In this document: positions 1 to 8,603 of the stretch, piece after piece | Layout: each line of letters opens with the position of its first letter | Numbering within the stretch: position 1 is the first letter of the stretch | Assembly: GCA_016938875.1 (NCBI GenBank) | Contig: JAFGTV010000038.1 | Coordinates: 93,770 to 157,769 of the forward strand | Direction of reading: 5' to 3' | From: Paracoccaceae bacterium | GTDB taxonomy: Bacteria; Pseudomonadota; Alphaproteobacteria; Rhodobacterales; Rhodobacteraceae | Length of the DNA stretch: 64,000 bases | Program-made: the position numbers and the translations under genes | Notes under the pieces: generated by a model | The model's database searches: none | What the model was told of the DNA's origin: nothing | What the model saw: only the letters and a program-made list of their open reading frames with translations

Positions 1-1
1 C

Positions 2-1156
2 GGACATATCCTGGCCGATGCGCCCGGCCCGCTTTATGGAATTCTCGGGATCGGGGGGCCGCGCGCCGCGCTTGCCGAACCGACGAGATGCGCCTTTCCC
101 CAGCACGTTCTGGCCCCTGCCGACGACATCGGCGCGGTGGGTCACGCAGGGGTCGAACGCGCCGCAGTCACCGATTCGCTGGAACAGCTGCGCGAGATGA
201 CCCATGACGCGCTGGTCGCCGAGGTGTTGCTGGGCTGGCAGATGGACAAATACCAGGCGCTGCCGCTTTTTTGCGTCCGGGTCGAAACCGACGGATCGGC
301 CACGGCGGGCGACCTGGCGCAAAGCGTGGCGTTTGACAACATGATCGCGGCGGCGGGCAATCTAGCCCTGGCCGCGGCCCGTCTGGGCAAGAAACCCAAG
401 CTGCTGTGCATCACCATCGACTTTGCGCTGGAGGATATGTCGGGATCGGCGGCGCAGTACCGCGATGGCATTCTTGCACTGATGACCCGCGCCAAGCAGG
501 AACTGGGCACGCTGGGCTTTGACGATCCGTTGTTCGTCGCCCGGTTCGAGAGCGGCTCGTCCGAGATCACGACCGCCGCCGCGATCGAGGGGCAGTGGGA
601 ACTGGCGTGGAACCATGGCGACCATCGGTTCGTTTATGCCGCGCCGGGCTATATGTTTGCCCATGACGACTATGACCGTCCGACCGATGCCGCGCGCCGC
701 GAAATGGCGCAGATGACCGCGGCGGCCGTGTCGTCCGATGACCCGTGGCGCTGTCCGACCTTCTTTCTGGCCGAACAAAGCCAGGCCGACCCAAGGCTGA
801 TCCGTGTCACCGCCCAGGCCATGAGCGACCTGGTGATCGATGCGAACGATCCGCTGGGGGCCGGGGACGCGGCCGGGTTCCGGCTGATCGGGGGGGGCAA
901 CGGGGCGACGATCGCCTCTGTCCGGGTCGATCCCGACGACCCGCAGGCGCTGTTGATCACCTGCGACAAGGCCCCCGAGGGGGACGATCTGCACCTGGCC
1001 TATGCCTATGGCGCCGCACCGCGGCCTGGCGCCTATCCGGCCAATTGCGGTGCGGTGCGCGATGAATGGTGCATGACCGGCGAAACCGGGCGTGGCCTGC
1101 ACCGTTGGGCGCTGCCCAGCCTCTTGCCGGTGACCCAAGGGGCGAACGATGCTTGA
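2..1156 (+). CDS. hypothetical protein, 5'-truncated by window edge
   Basis: Frame is open from nt 2 with strong third-position GC bias. The listed ORF 137..1156 is only its GTG-to-stop part. The stop overlaps the next start (ATGCTTGA, 1149-1156). No family signature recognised. Confidence 0.5.
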   Translation, partial: GHILADAPGPLYGILGIGGPRAALAEPTRCAFPQHVLAPADDIGAVGHAGVERAAVTDSLEQLREMTHDALVAEVLLGWQMDKYQALPLFCVRVETDGSATAGDLAQSVAFDNMIAAAGNLALAAARLGKKPKLLCITIDFALEDMSGSAAQYRDGILALMTRAKQELGTLGFDDPLFVARFESGSSEITTAAAIEGQWELAWNHGDHRFVYAAPGYMFAHDDYDRPTDAARREMAQMTAAAVSSDDPWRCPTFFLAEQSQADPRLIRVTAQAMSDLVIDANDPLGAGDAAGFRLIGGGNGATIASVRVDPDDPQALLITCDKAPEGDDLHLAYAYGAAPRPGAYPANCGAVRDEWCMTGETGRGLHRWALPSLLPVTQGANDA

Positions 1157-1925
1157 GGTGCAAGAGGATCTGCCCAATGGTGCTGTGCTGGGCGCGGCAC
1201 GGGCGGACTTGCGCGATGCGATCGCGGGCACCTCGGCATTCTGGCTGGAGGGGCAAGAGGATCGGTTCACCCTTGGGCCCGAGGACGCGATCACCGGCTG
1301 GAACGCCGATGCGCGCCATGCCGAGCCGTCCGAGCCCAACACCGGCAACGGGCGGCTGACCCGTGTCGGCGCGCGCGTCGGGTTGCGCTGCAAGGCCGAG
1401 GTCAATTGCGGCCTGGTGGTGCGCGGGGCCACTGAAAATGCCGCCCGCTTTACCATGGCGGTCGTCTATCAGCCCTCGGATGGCGCAGAGGCCCGAACCC
1501 TGTTGACCGTGAACACCGGCTTTGGCGGTGGCGACGCCAAGACCGCCAATTACCTGTTTCTTTCGGATGGCGGCGCGTTTTTGACCGTCAAGGATACGCG
1601 CGGGGCGATCGAAATGACCGCACCGGTCGTGTCGGGCGGCAGCGGGCCGCGCATGTTGATCGTCACCTTGTCGGGCGATCAACTGGCCGTGGCCGAAAAC
1701 CTGGCGCCTGCGGTAACGGTCCAGGGGGCCGATCCGGGGATGCGCTGCCGGGGCGATCTGTTCATCGGCTGTCGCAGCGACCGGCGGGGGCTGAAAAAGA
1801 CGCTGGGCGACAGTGTCGTTCTGGATGTGATGTTCTGGCCCGACCACACGCTTTTGTTGCCGCGTTGTGACGCGGACGCGGCGCTGGACCTCGCGCTGAG
1901 GCGCTATTTCCTCTGGGAATACTGA
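1149..1925 (+). CDS. hypothetical protein (possibly LamG/concanavalin-like fold)
   Basis: 258 aa, translationally coupled to the upstream ORF with coding-like codon bias. Only a weak resemblance to LamG-type jelly-roll domains (DLFIGCRSD...). Confidence 0.5.
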   Translation: MLEVQEDLPNGAVLGAARADLRDAIAGTSAFWLEGQEDRFTLGPEDAITGWNADARHAEPSEPNTGNGRLTRVGARVGLRCKAEVNCGLVVRGATENAARFTMAVVYQPSDGAEARTLLTVNTGFGGGDAKTANYLFLSDGGAFLTVKDTRGAIEMTAPVVSGGSGPRMLIVTLSGDQLAVAENLAPAVTVQGADPGMRCRGDLFIGCRSDRRGLKKTLGDSVVLDVMFWPDHTLLLPRCDADAALDLALRRYFLWEY

Positions 1926-1929
1926 GACG

Positions 1930-4260
1930 ATGGCCTTTACCCCGGAAACTGTTGCGGGTGGCAATATCTGCGTGATCTGGGTGGATGACATGATCGATGT
2001 CTTCACCTGGCGCGATACGTTCGGCGTGACGATCCAGACGCCGAACCTGGACCGTCTGCTGGGCGCGGGTGTGCGGTTTTCCAATGCCTATGCGACGGTG
2101 CCGCTCTGCGCGCCCTGCCGGGCAGAGCTGGCCACGGGGTTGCCGCCGTTTCGCACCGGGCTGGTCGATCTCAACCGGTTCTGGCGCGACATCTTTCCGC
2201 CCGAGCGCGCCTGGGCCTACGATCTGCGCCGGGCAGGGTTTTATACCTTTACCACGGGCAAGGTGGATTCGAACTATCGCCCGATGCCCGCCGCCTATAA
2301 GCGCATCCTCTTTCACGAAGACCGGCGCGCCACCGATCAGGGCGAGCGCACCGGGGTCAAGGATTATCTGGGGCGCGGTCCGGGGATCCGCGGGATCAAC
2401 CACCCCGATGACGATGGCAGCCAGGACGACCGGTTCTATGACTTTCGGGTGGCGCAGAATGCGATCGACCTGCTGCAAACGGCCGATCCGTCGCGGCGGC
2501 ACCTGATCCAGCTCGGCTTCAAGCATCCGCATTACAACCTGGATTGCCCCGACCGGTTCTATCAGAAATACGACCCCGAAAAGATACGCTGGCCTTCGAT
2601 TGCCGCCGAGCAGGATTATCACGGTCCGCAACCGGGATTCGCCGTCTACGAGGCGGCCTATATCGCCAATGGCCGCTGGACACCGGAAAAGGCCGGGGAC
2701 GAGGCGTGGCGCCAGGTGGTGCGCGCCTATTTCGCCGCGATTTCCCATGTGGATCACGAAATCGGCCGGTTCCTAGATGCCTTGCGGGCGTCGCCTTTCG
2801 CGGACAATACCACGGTGATCTTTCTGTCGGACAACGGGTTCAACCTGGGCAATCACGACAGCTTTCACAAGATGAGCCAATGGGACAGCGCGGCGCATAT
2901 TCCGCTGGGCCTGTGGCATGCCAGCATGCAGCAGGGGCGCACGATCGAGCTGCCGGTGTCGCTGCACAATGTGCCCAAAACCATCATGCAACTGGCCGGT
3001 TTGCCGCCCCGCCCCGACTGGACCAGCGGGCAAAGCCTGCTGCCGCTGATCGATCCGGCCTTTGGCAGTTTCGATGACAGCAAATCGCCCGTCACCAGTG
3101 TCTTTGGCACACTGTCGGTGCGCCCCTCTGCCGAGGGCTACCGGCATCTTCGCTACTTTCGCTATCCGAACGGCGAAGAGCATGTTTACGACATCGAAAA
3201 CGACCCCGGCGAGACCGAGAACCTGATCGACAGCGCCCCGATCGAGTTCCTGCGCGCCGAACTGGTGAAAAACGCCCTGGAGCTTGGGCTGGACCTGCGC
3301 GGGTTCGAAAACCCGGCCAATGGCGTCAACGCGATGATGGCCGTCGATGGCAGCGTGGTGCTGGCCGGTGGCGGTGGCGACAACCAATACTGGGCCTACG
3401 GCAAGGATGCCGAAAAGATCCAAGAGGAAAAGGACGGCGGCACCGATACGCTTTGGTATATGGCCGGGCCGGATGACTATGTTCTGCACTGCCCGGCGAA
3501 TGTCGAAAAGATCCGCGTGGCGACCGTGGTGGCCCGCAAGGAGGCCGACGGCACCTCGGGCAAGACGCTGCGCATCGTGGCCCATCCCGACAGCCCGATC
3601 GAGTTCGAAACGACTGAACGGGTCGTGGTGGATGTGACCGGCAGCAATGGCGATGACATCATGCTGGGCCCGAAATATGGCGGGGCGACCTTCCATGGCG
3701 GGGCAGGGGACGATCAACTGATCGCCAAGGCGACCTTGCCCAACAGCCGCCACTTCTTTTACGGCGGGGCTGGCAACGACATCTTGTCTGGCGGGCCGGG
3801 AAACGATGTTCTGGACGGGGGCACGGGCGACGATGTGATCCACGGGCGGCGCGGCAATAACCGCATTTACGGGGGCCACGGCAACGATCTGATCCAGGAT
3901 GGCGACGGGGCCTCGTTCATTGATACGGGGCCGGGGCGAAACACCGTTGTGCTGGGCCATGGCGATGACGAGGTCATCGTGGGGGCCGGTGTGAACCGGA
4001 TCGAGCCGGGGTCGGGGGGCGTCACGTTCCGCGTGGCCTATGGTGGCGTCACCCTCATCAAGAAATGGTCGCGCGACCAGGTCTATGACCTGTCGGCGTG
4101 GCCGGAGGCGCCGCAGATCCAACCCCTGGGCGAGGGGCGGGTGCGCCTGCGGCTGGGGCTGTCGATCGTTGAACTGAACCAGGTGGGCGATATCGACCGG
4201 CTGGCCGGGCAGATCGTGCGCGAACGCGCCGTTGCGGTGCCCGATCCGTCCGATGGGTGA
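1930..4260 (+). CDS. type I (Cys-type) sulfatase fused to C-terminal RTX calcium-binding repeats
   Basis: 776 aa. Sulfatase signature C-A-P-C-R-A-E-L-A-T-G (Cys codon 2107-2109) follows a VIWVDDM metal-binding start. GGxGxD nonapeptide repeats (GGAGNDILSGGPGNDVLDGGTGDDVIHG...) lie at about 3691-3910. No N-terminal signal peptide. Confidence 0.85.
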   Translation: MAFTPETVAGGNICVIWVDDMIDVFTWRDTFGVTIQTPNLDRLLGAGVRFSNAYATVPLCAPCRAELATGLPPFRTGLVDLNRFWRDIFPPERAWAYDLRRAGFYTFTTGKVDSNYRPMPAAYKRILFHEDRRATDQGERTGVKDYLGRGPGIRGINHPDDDGSQDDRFYDFRVAQNAIDLLQTADPSRRHLIQLGFKHPHYNLDCPDRFYQKYDPEKIRWPSIAAEQDYHGPQPGFAVYEAAYIANGRWTPEKAGDEAWRQVVRAYFAAISHVDHEIGRFLDALRASPFADNTTVIFLSDNGFNLGNHDSFHKMSQWDSAAHIPLGLWHASMQQGRTIELPVSLHNVPKTIMQLAGLPPRPDWTSGQSLLPLIDPAFGSFDDSKSPVTSVFGTLSVRPSAEGYRHLRYFRYPNGEEHVYDIENDPGETENLIDSAPIEFLRAELVKNALELGLDLRGFENPANGVNAMMAVDGSVVLAGGGGDNQYWAYGKDAEKIQEEKDGGTDTLWYMAGPDDYVLHCPANVEKIRVATVVARKEADGTSGKTLRIVAHPDSPIEFETTERVVVDVTGSNGDDIMLGPKYGGATFHGGAGDDQLIAKATLPNSRHFFYGGAGNDILSGGPGNDVLDGGTGDDVIHGRRGNNRIYGGHGNDLIQDGDGASFIDTGPGRNTVVLGHGDDEVIVGAGVNRIEPGSGGVTFRVAYGGVTLIKKWSRDQVYDLSAWPEAPQIQPLGEGRVRLRLGLSIVELNQVGDIDRLAGQIVRERAVAVPDPSDG

Positions 4261-4402
4261 TGCCCCTGGTCCCCTTGCGCGGTATCGCCAACGGGTTCCG
4301 GCGCCCGGTGCCGGGGGGGGGGCGGATCGCGGGGGCGTTTCCCGGGCCTGATAGGTCTTTTCCTGCCGCACTCGCCGTGCCTATGGTGGTCCGGAAAAAC
4401 CA

Positions 4403-5929
4403 TTGAGGCATGAGGCTTTGCGCGTGGCAGTTCGTATCCCCAAGATCATGGGCCATATCTGGATCGGTCCCAAACCGGCCCCCGAACAATGGATGAGGAC
4501 GTGGCCGGAAAAGCATCCCAAATGGGACTATCGTGTCTATGACAACCGGTTTCTGCGGGAATTCCCCTTTCGCACCCGGCGGTTGATCAATGAATACCTT
4601 TGGCGGGGCGAATATGCCGGTGTGCAGGATCTCATGCGCTATGAGATCCTCTATCAATTCGGTGGCTTCATGGCGGATGCCGATGCGGTGTGCCTGCATC
4701 CCGTGGATGAGTTGCTGACCCGCAAGCGCGCCTATACCGTCTATGACCGCGCGCAGGAAGAAGGTCGCGGGGTGTCCCCCTTTCTGGCCTCGGACCCGGG
4801 CAACCCGCTGCTGGGCGAGGTGATCGAGCGGCTGTCAAAGCTTGACCCATGGGATTTGCGCAAACCGTTCCACTCGACCGGCAACCAGTTCCTGATGTCG
4901 GTGATCCGGGAATGGGGCGACGAAAAACTGACGATCTTCCCCTCGCATTATTTCATCCCGTGGCACCATTCGGACCCGGAGAATGTCTATCGCGGCCCTG
5001 ACAAGATTTATGCCGAACAGAAATGGGGCACGGCGACCTACAGCTACAATACCCAGCAGGTGGCCGGGGAAAACGTGCTGACCCGTCAGGAACTGGCAGA
5101 GCGCGCCGCCACGTTGCGCCAGCAGATGCGCGCCGTGGTTCAACCCGACCTGGGGGCGATCGACGCCGAGGCGCAGGGCCCCGATCCCGCACGGCTGAGT
5201 GCCGACGCCCATCAGATGGCCTGGCAGGGCGTGGTGTCAAAGGACGGCTGGGCCCGGCAAATCAAGGCGTTGAATACCGCGCTGGTCAGGTCGCTGGAGG
5301 CCGCGAACCATGCGCCGGTGTTCAACGGCAACGGGTTTTATCGCCACAAGCAGCGCGATCCATTGATCACAAGCCCGCTGATGACACGGACCGATGCGCT
5401 GCGCAGGCGGGTGGCCTCGTATCTGGCGGGCACGAAATCGGTGATCCAGGTCGGCGTCGATGCCGGCCACATGCTGCTGCTTCAGAAAACTCTGGCCCCG
5501 CAGGCGCGGATCGTGGCGGTGGATGCCTGCATGCGGATGGTTGCGAACTCGGCCCCGGTCGAAGTCTACACGCCCGCGGCGATCGCGTGGTTCGGATCCG
5601 AATTTCCCGACGAGGTGACCTTTCTGACGGGTCGGCCCGCGCGCGCGCTGGCAGGGTTCCGGCGCGCCAAGCGGCGCTTTCGCTGCGATTTGCTGCATTT
5701 CAACGGGGTGGACCCGAATTTCCTGAAGGCCTACGGCGCGGCCATCGGTGCATTGGCCGAGGACGGCGTGATCCTGATCCAACACCCCGAGGCAGAGCCG
5801 GTCCGCCAGCGGCTGGAAGAGTTGCAGATGATCGGCGAAGTGGCCGCGCCGGTCGAGTTCCACGATTTCGGACCGGGGCGCGGCGCGATGGCCGTGCTGC
5901 GCCGTCGACCGCAGGCGGCTGCTCAGTAG
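4403..5929 (+). CDS. GT32-type (DXD) glycosyltransferase with C-terminal methyltransferase-like domain
   Basis: 508 aa. Carries IPKIMGHIWIG and DLMRYEILYQFGGFMADADAV motifs of the GT32/TcdA-like sugar transferase family. The C-terminal ~200 aa look like a class I methyltransferase fold. Start uncertain (TTG 4403 or GTG 4424). Confidence 0.75.
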   Translation: MRHEALRVAVRIPKIMGHIWIGPKPAPEQWMRTWPEKHPKWDYRVYDNRFLREFPFRTRRLINEYLWRGEYAGVQDLMRYEILYQFGGFMADADAVCLHPVDELLTRKRAYTVYDRAQEEGRGVSPFLASDPGNPLLGEVIERLSKLDPWDLRKPFHSTGNQFLMSVIREWGDEKLTIFPSHYFIPWHHSDPENVYRGPDKIYAEQKWGTATYSYNTQQVAGENVLTRQELAERAATLRQQMRAVVQPDLGAIDAEAQGPDPARLSADAHQMAWQGVVSKDGWARQIKALNTALVRSLEAANHAPVFNGNGFYRHKQRDPLITSPLMTRTDALRRRVASYLAGTKSVIQVGVDAGHMLLLQKTLAPQARIVAVDACMRMVANSAPVEVYTPAAIAWFGSEFPDEVTFLTGRPARALAGFRRAKRRFRCDLLHFNGVDPNFLKAYGAAIGALAEDGVILIQHPEAEPVRQRLEELQMIGEVAAPVEFHDFGPGRGAMAVLRRRPQAAAQ

Positions 5930-6627
5930 TTGATATAGTGGCTTTGGATGACCTGTTTGGGCGGCGTATCGCGGGGCTGTTTCTGCACCACGTAAAAGAT
6001 GAACTGCGGTTCCTTGTAGCGGTGTTCGGCGCCGCGCGCGCTGTGGGTCGGATCCTCGATCTGGCGGGGCAGTTCACGCCCCTTGCGCGAAAAGGTCCAG
6101 CAGCCCAGCATGCGGTAGCCAAGGCTGGCCACCCAATAGCGCCAGGGCACGTCCGGCCCGATCTGATAAAACCCATGGCCGAACCAGCCGTCCGTGCCGA
6201 CACAAGACACGAAAATGCCGTCGTCCTTCAACATCGCGTCGACGTTTCGGAAGCTTTGTGCAATATCAAAGACATGCTCGGTCGTTCCGCCGTCATAGAC
6301 CAGGTCGAAGCGGGCCTTGAGATCCGCGCCGACCGGTTCGCTCAGGTCGTGGACGTATTCGGCCCCCTCGATGTCGGAAAAATCGAGGCTTTCCAGCGCA
6401 GGCCAGCCAATGGTTTTCAGATAGTTTTCACAAAAGCCGTCGGCCTGGAACAGGTCCTGCTTGGTTGCCTCGATGCCCAGTTTGGCCAGTTCCTCGATCA
6501 GGCGGGGGGTCCAGTCGGCGGGGCGGAAATGCATCTTTTGGCGGCCCAGCATGATGCCGGTGCCGCATCCCGACACAAGCGGCGCGATGCGTGCCAACTG
6601 AATGGCAATGTTGATGCTGATCCCCAC
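5923..6627 (-). CDS. SAM-dependent methyltransferase-like protein
   Basis: This is the 3' part of the listed 651-aa ORF. Motifs seen: GCGTG, LDFSD, FDLVYDGGTTEHVFD. GTG 6627 is preceded by AGGA; ATG 6552 is an alternative start. The 3' end overlaps the convergent gene by 7 nt. Confidence 0.65.
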   Translation of the reverse strand: MGISINIAIQLARIAPLVSGCGTGIMLGRQKMHFRPADWTPRLIEELAKLGIEATKQDLFQADGFCENYLKTIGWPALESLDFSDIEGAEYVHDLSEPVGADLKARFDLVYDGGTTEHVFDIAQSFRNVDAMLKDDGIFVSCVGTDGWFGHGFYQIGPDVPWRYWVASLGYRMLGCWTFSRKGRELPRQIEDPTHSARGAEHRYKEPQFIFYVVQKQPRDTPPKQVIQSHYINY

Positions 6628-6789
6628 GTCCCACCGTCCTGTCTTTTTCTTCTTTACGAACGGTTTGTGCCGTATTCGACCTGTTAACTCAACCGCCGGA
6701 CGCAGGGCGGTTTGCAGGCTGTGCCTTTCTCGTCTTTTCCGTCGGGGGCTGCTAGAAGAGATGCACGTGATCCAGTCAATGTCGTGAGC

Positions 6790-7896
6790 ATGACAGATAA
6801 TCCTTATGAGAGTCTCCCCGCTTCGGCCTTTTGGCGCACCGCCGTGGCCGACCTGCCAGCGCAGGACATTCGCGGGCTTTGGCAACCGAAATTCGACATC
6901 TCCGAGCAGTCCTGCATCATCACCGCGGGGTCGTGTTTCGCCCAACATATCGGGCGGGCGCTGCGCGAGCGCGGCTATGGCTGGTACGATGCGGAACCGG
7001 CACCCGGGTCGGTCGAGTTGCAAAAGGCCTATCAATACGGGCTGTTCAGCTTTCGGACGGGGAACATCTATACCACGCGCATGCTGAACCAGTGGGTGCG
7101 CTGGGCGCATGCCCCCGACAAGTGCCCGGATATGTTCTGGCAGACCGAGGGCGGCATTTTCGACCCGTTCCGTCCCACCGTGGAAATGGACGGCTTCCTG
7201 TCGATCGAAGAGGCGCGCGCCTCGCGCCGCTCGACCCTGGCGGCGATCATGGATGCGGTGCGCAAGGCCGATGTGCTGATTTTCACACTGGGCCTGACGG
7301 AATGCTGGCGCGAAAAGGAGACCGGGATCGAATACGCGATGTGCCCGGGCACCGTCGCGGGCACCTTTGATCCCGAAATCCACGAATTCCACAACATGAA
7401 CTATTCCGAAGTGGTGCGCGAGTTGAACCGCGCCATTGCCAGCCTGCGCAAGACCAACCCCAATCTGCACATCCTGTTGACCGTTTCGCCCGTTCCCCTG
7501 ACGGCAAGCGCCACCGGCCAGCACGTTCTGAACGCGACCTCGTATTCCAAATCGGTGCTGCGGGCCGCGGCGGGGGCAATCGCGGAAAGTTCCGATTTCA
7601 TTGACTATTTCCCATCCTACGAAATCATCACCAACCCGGTTTTCGAGGGGCGGTTCTACGCCGCGAACAAACGCAGCATCCGCCCCGAGGGGGTGGATCA
7701 CGTCATGCGCTGTTTTTTCCACGATCTGGCGGTCGGCAACGGGCGCCCGGTCGAGGCGCCGGTGCCCGCGATGGCCGGGGCGATGGCTGGGGCGCAAACC
7801 GACGATGACGATCTCGCCCCCGAGGATGATGACGCGCAGTGCGACGAGGAAATGCTTGCCGCGTTCCAGCCAGAACAAAACGCAAAGGGGGCCTGA
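6790..7896 (+). CDS. GSCFA family protein
   Basis: 368 aa from ATG 6790. Contains the family-defining motif ITAGSCFAQHIG and an acidic C-terminal tail (DDDDLAPEDDDAQCDEE). Confidence 0.8.
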   Translation: MTDNPYESLPASAFWRTAVADLPAQDIRGLWQPKFDISEQSCIITAGSCFAQHIGRALRERGYGWYDAEPAPGSVELQKAYQYGLFSFRTGNIYTTRMLNQWVRWAHAPDKCPDMFWQTEGGIFDPFRPTVEMDGFLSIEEARASRRSTLAAIMDAVRKADVLIFTLGLTECWREKETGIEYAMCPGTVAGTFDPEIHEFHNMNYSEVVRELNRAIASLRKTNPNLHILLTVSPVPLTASATGQHVLNATSYSKSVLRAAAGAIAESSDFIDYFPSYEIITNPVFEGRFYAANKRSIRPEGVDHVMRCFFHDLAVGNGRPVEAPVPAMAGAMAGAQTDDDDLAPEDDDAQCDEEMLAAFQPEQNAKGA

Positions 7897-7898
7897 CC

Positions 7899-8597
7899 AT
7901 GCGTGTCATGTTGTTTGGCGACAGCCACCTGGCCGCTTTGAAAAACGGGCTGGCGCAGGTCGCGGTGCCCGATGGGGTTGAGGTTTCGTTCTGGGGCACG
8001 CCGGGCAATCGTTTTCGCAATATCTCGTGGCGCGACGGGCAGATCGTGCCCGACGATGCGCGAACGGCAGAGGCATTCGCGCGCTTTGGCGGCCAGGGGC
8101 TGACGCGGCTTGATCCGGCGGATTACGATGCGGTGGTCTTTGTCGGCGCGCGCATCCGGCCGGGCGCGGTCCTGCCCGATCTGCTGCACTGTCTGGCCCA
8201 TCCCACCCGCCACCTGACGCCGCCCTATATGGGGCTGGTTCTGGCCGAACATTTCCTGCAACACACGACCTATCAGATGGCCTGCAACATGGCCCGCGAT
8301 GGCAAGACCCGCGTGTTGATGAACATGATTTCGCTGGAAACCGACGGGAAAAGCAAAAAGCCGCGACAATACCAGATCGCGCGCGGGGCCAGTCACGACC
8401 ATGTCGCGCTGTTGTGGGATATCACCCGGGAAATCCTGGCGCAGGATGACATGACCTTTATTGCGCAGCCTCTGGATACGGTCGTCGATGGGTTTTACAC
8501 CGATGCCCGATACGGCGTTGAGGGGGAGGACGCGGTGCACAAGAACGCCGATTACGGGGCCCGTATCCTGGCCGAGATTTTCGCCGCGCTGGCCTGA
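7899..8597 (+). CDS. hypothetical protein (possible SGNH/GDSL-like)
   Basis: 232 aa. ATG lies 2 nt after the previous stop and is preceded by AAGGGGG. N-terminal MLFGDSH resembles SGNH block I; other blocks were not recognised. Confidence 0.55.
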   Translation: MRVMLFGDSHLAALKNGLAQVAVPDGVEVSFWGTPGNRFRNISWRDGQIVPDDARTAEAFARFGGQGLTRLDPADYDAVVFVGARIRPGAVLPDLLHCLAHPTRHLTPPYMGLVLAEHFLQHTTYQMACNMARDGKTRVLMNMISLETDGKSKKPRQYQIARGASHDHVALLWDITREILAQDDMTFIAQPLDTVVDGFYTDARYGVEGEDAVHKNADYGARILAEIFAALA

Positions 8598-8603
8598 GAC
8601 CGA

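Noticed and set aside
6628-7878. N-terminal two thirds of the listed 651-aa minus-strand ORF 5923..7878
   Set aside because: Only the last ~235 codons look like a methyltransferase. The upstream part is antisense to the GSCFA gene (6790-7896), which has the defining GSCFA motif. That upstream part also crosses the AT-richer divergent promoter region with lysine runs (KKKK) atypical for this genome.
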